From positions 64,001 through 128,000 of the IMG/VR virus record IMGVR_UViG_3300027631_000002: a stretch of DNA of 64,000 bases, one strand, 5' to 3'. Origin of the DNA: a virus. Made by a program: the position numbers and the translations under genes. The notes under the pieces are model-generated. The model was not told the DNA's origin, searched no databases, and saw nothing but the letters and a program-made list of their open reading frames with translations. Below are positions 63,042-64,000 of this stretch, in pieces (position 1 is the stretch's first letter; every line of letters begins with the position of its first letter).

Positions 63042-63753
63042 TAAATGTAAGTTAGATAAAGAATTGACTTTATTCTATAAATGTTCATCTAGTAAAGATG
63101 GTCATAGGTCAAATTGTATTACTTGTTGTAAACAATGGAAAATTGATAATAAAGAAAAAATAAATGACTATTTAGTAAGTAATAAGGAAAGACTTTCTAA
63201 AAATAGAAGTGAGAGATACCAGCTCAATAAAGATTTCTTTATCTTAAAATCATCCAACTATTATAAAAATAATAGAGAAGAAATTAAACTCAAATCAAAT
63301 CTATATTATGAGAATAATAAAGAATCTAAGTTAGAGTATCAAAAAGAGTATCAAAAAAATAATAAAGATAAGAGAAATACTTATCTAAGTGAAAGAAGAC
63401 TGAATGATCCCTTATTTAGACTAATAACAAATGTTAGGAATTTAATATATAATTCATTCTATTATAATGGATATTCAAAAAATTCAAAGACCGAAGAACT
63501 ATTAGGATGTTCTTTTGAAGAATTAAAAGAGTATTTAGAATCTAAGTTTGAACCTTGGATGAACTGGGATAATAGAGGATTGTATAGTGGTGAGTTTAAC
63601 TATGGTTGGGATATAGATCATGTTATACCATTATCAAGTGTAAATAAAGAAGATGAAATAATAAAATTAAATCACTATACTAATTTACAACCACTCTGTA
63701 GTAAAATAAACAGAGATATAAAGAAAGATAATTTAGAATATGGCGTCATATAA
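63028..63753 (+). CDS. HNH homing endonuclease with N-terminal C4 zinc finger
   Basis: CSKC...CITC, then WDIDHVIPLSS...NHYTNLQPL...N; start moved to ATG 63028. Confidence 0.85.
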   Translation: MKSCSKCKLDKELTLFYKCSSSKDGHRSNCITCCKQWKIDNKEKINDYLVSNKERLSKNRSERYQLNKDFFILKSSNYYKNNREEIKLKSNLYYENNKESKLEYQKEYQKNNKDKRNTYLSERRLNDPLFRLITNVRNLIYNSFYYNGYSKNSKTEELLGCSFEELKEYLESKFEPWMNWDNRGLYSGEFNYGWDIDHVIPLSSVNKEDEIIKLNHYTNLQPLCSKINRDIKKDNLEYGVI

Positions 63754-64000
63754 TAATTTCAGTCAAGAAAATCAAAATAACGTTGGATCAAACTTTGCGA
63801 TGGTAAATTCATCTGGAGTTGAGAATAAAGGCTTGTTTAGTAGGATTTTGAGAAACTTATCATCATATGGAATGAACTTTGATGACATGATTGTGAGGAA
63901 TCAAGTAGGTATTGGTATCAATGAAGATCCATACGCTGCTAAAGGAAATTCGATGTACGATTTTTTTTCAAGCCGGGCGGTTGCATCAGTATTGAATAGA
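63740..64000 (+). CDS. 5' end of a long late gene, probably the portal protein (gp20-like); runs off the right edge
   Basis: Open frame MASYNNFSQ...LRNLSSYGMNFDDMIVRNQVGIG...YDFFSSRAVASVLNR; resembles portal N-termini I recall from related phages; follows gp4/gp2. Confidence 0.5.
   Translation, partial: MASYNNFSQENQNNVGSNFAMVNSSGVENKGLFSRILRNLSSYGMNFDDMIVRNQVGIGINEDPYAAKGNSMYDFFSSRAVASVLNR

Noticed and set aside
62892-63753. Complete IS607/IS200-605 element
   Set aside because: No serine recombinase catalytic domain and no TnpB/RuvC; the downstream nuclease is an HNH.
1-64000. Stop-codon reassignment as in some jumbo phages
   Set aside because: Core genes are full length in the standard code, and TAG/TGA end genes right at terminators or next starts.
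1-64000. tRNA or rRNA genes
   Set aside because: No cloverleaf or T-loop (GTTCGA) context recognised, and intergenic gaps are mostly too short.
1-64000. Eukaryotic giant virus or cellular origin
   Set aside because: The coherent T4-type set (gp17, gp18, gp19, gp25, gp15, gp55, gp4) and bacterial terminators indicate a tailed phage.

Overview
This window is an AT-rich, densely coding segment of a large T4-like (contractile-tailed) phage genome read in the standard code. It holds dispersed T4-type core genes: gp52 topoisomerase subunit, terminase large subunit with a divergent probable small subunit, a 1364-aa tail sheath, tail tube, baseplate hub/wedge genes, a tape-measure-like protein, gp47 nuclease, gp44 clamp loader, gp25, gp15, a gp55-type late sigma, gp4, gp2 and probably the start of the portal. 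Short transcription units alternate strands and end in about 15 bidirectional hairpin terminators. A Bacteroidota host is suggested by TAnnTTTG promoters, no obvious Shine-Dalgarno sites, signal peptides cleaved before Gln, and ClpS and DUF6576-like motifs. Main unusual signals: (1) stand-alone fragments of the major capsid protein (41659-41880, 43884-44660) and of the prohead protease (a 41-aa ORF at 60836-60961, missing from the ORF track), two of them ending in the same R-x-K-[KR]-I-x-N-L tag, which could be decoys or assembly regulators; (2) 18 unrelated proteins sharing an N-terminal leader like the T4 capsid-targeting sequence; (3) a late sigma gene whose conserved N-terminus has no in-frame canonical start; (4) three promoter classes; (5) a minimal PolA/T7-RNAP-fold protein, a 2H phosphoesterase and several catalytically degenerate enzymes. 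All homology calls come from motif recognition by eye, with reference sequences recalled from memory; no searches were run.
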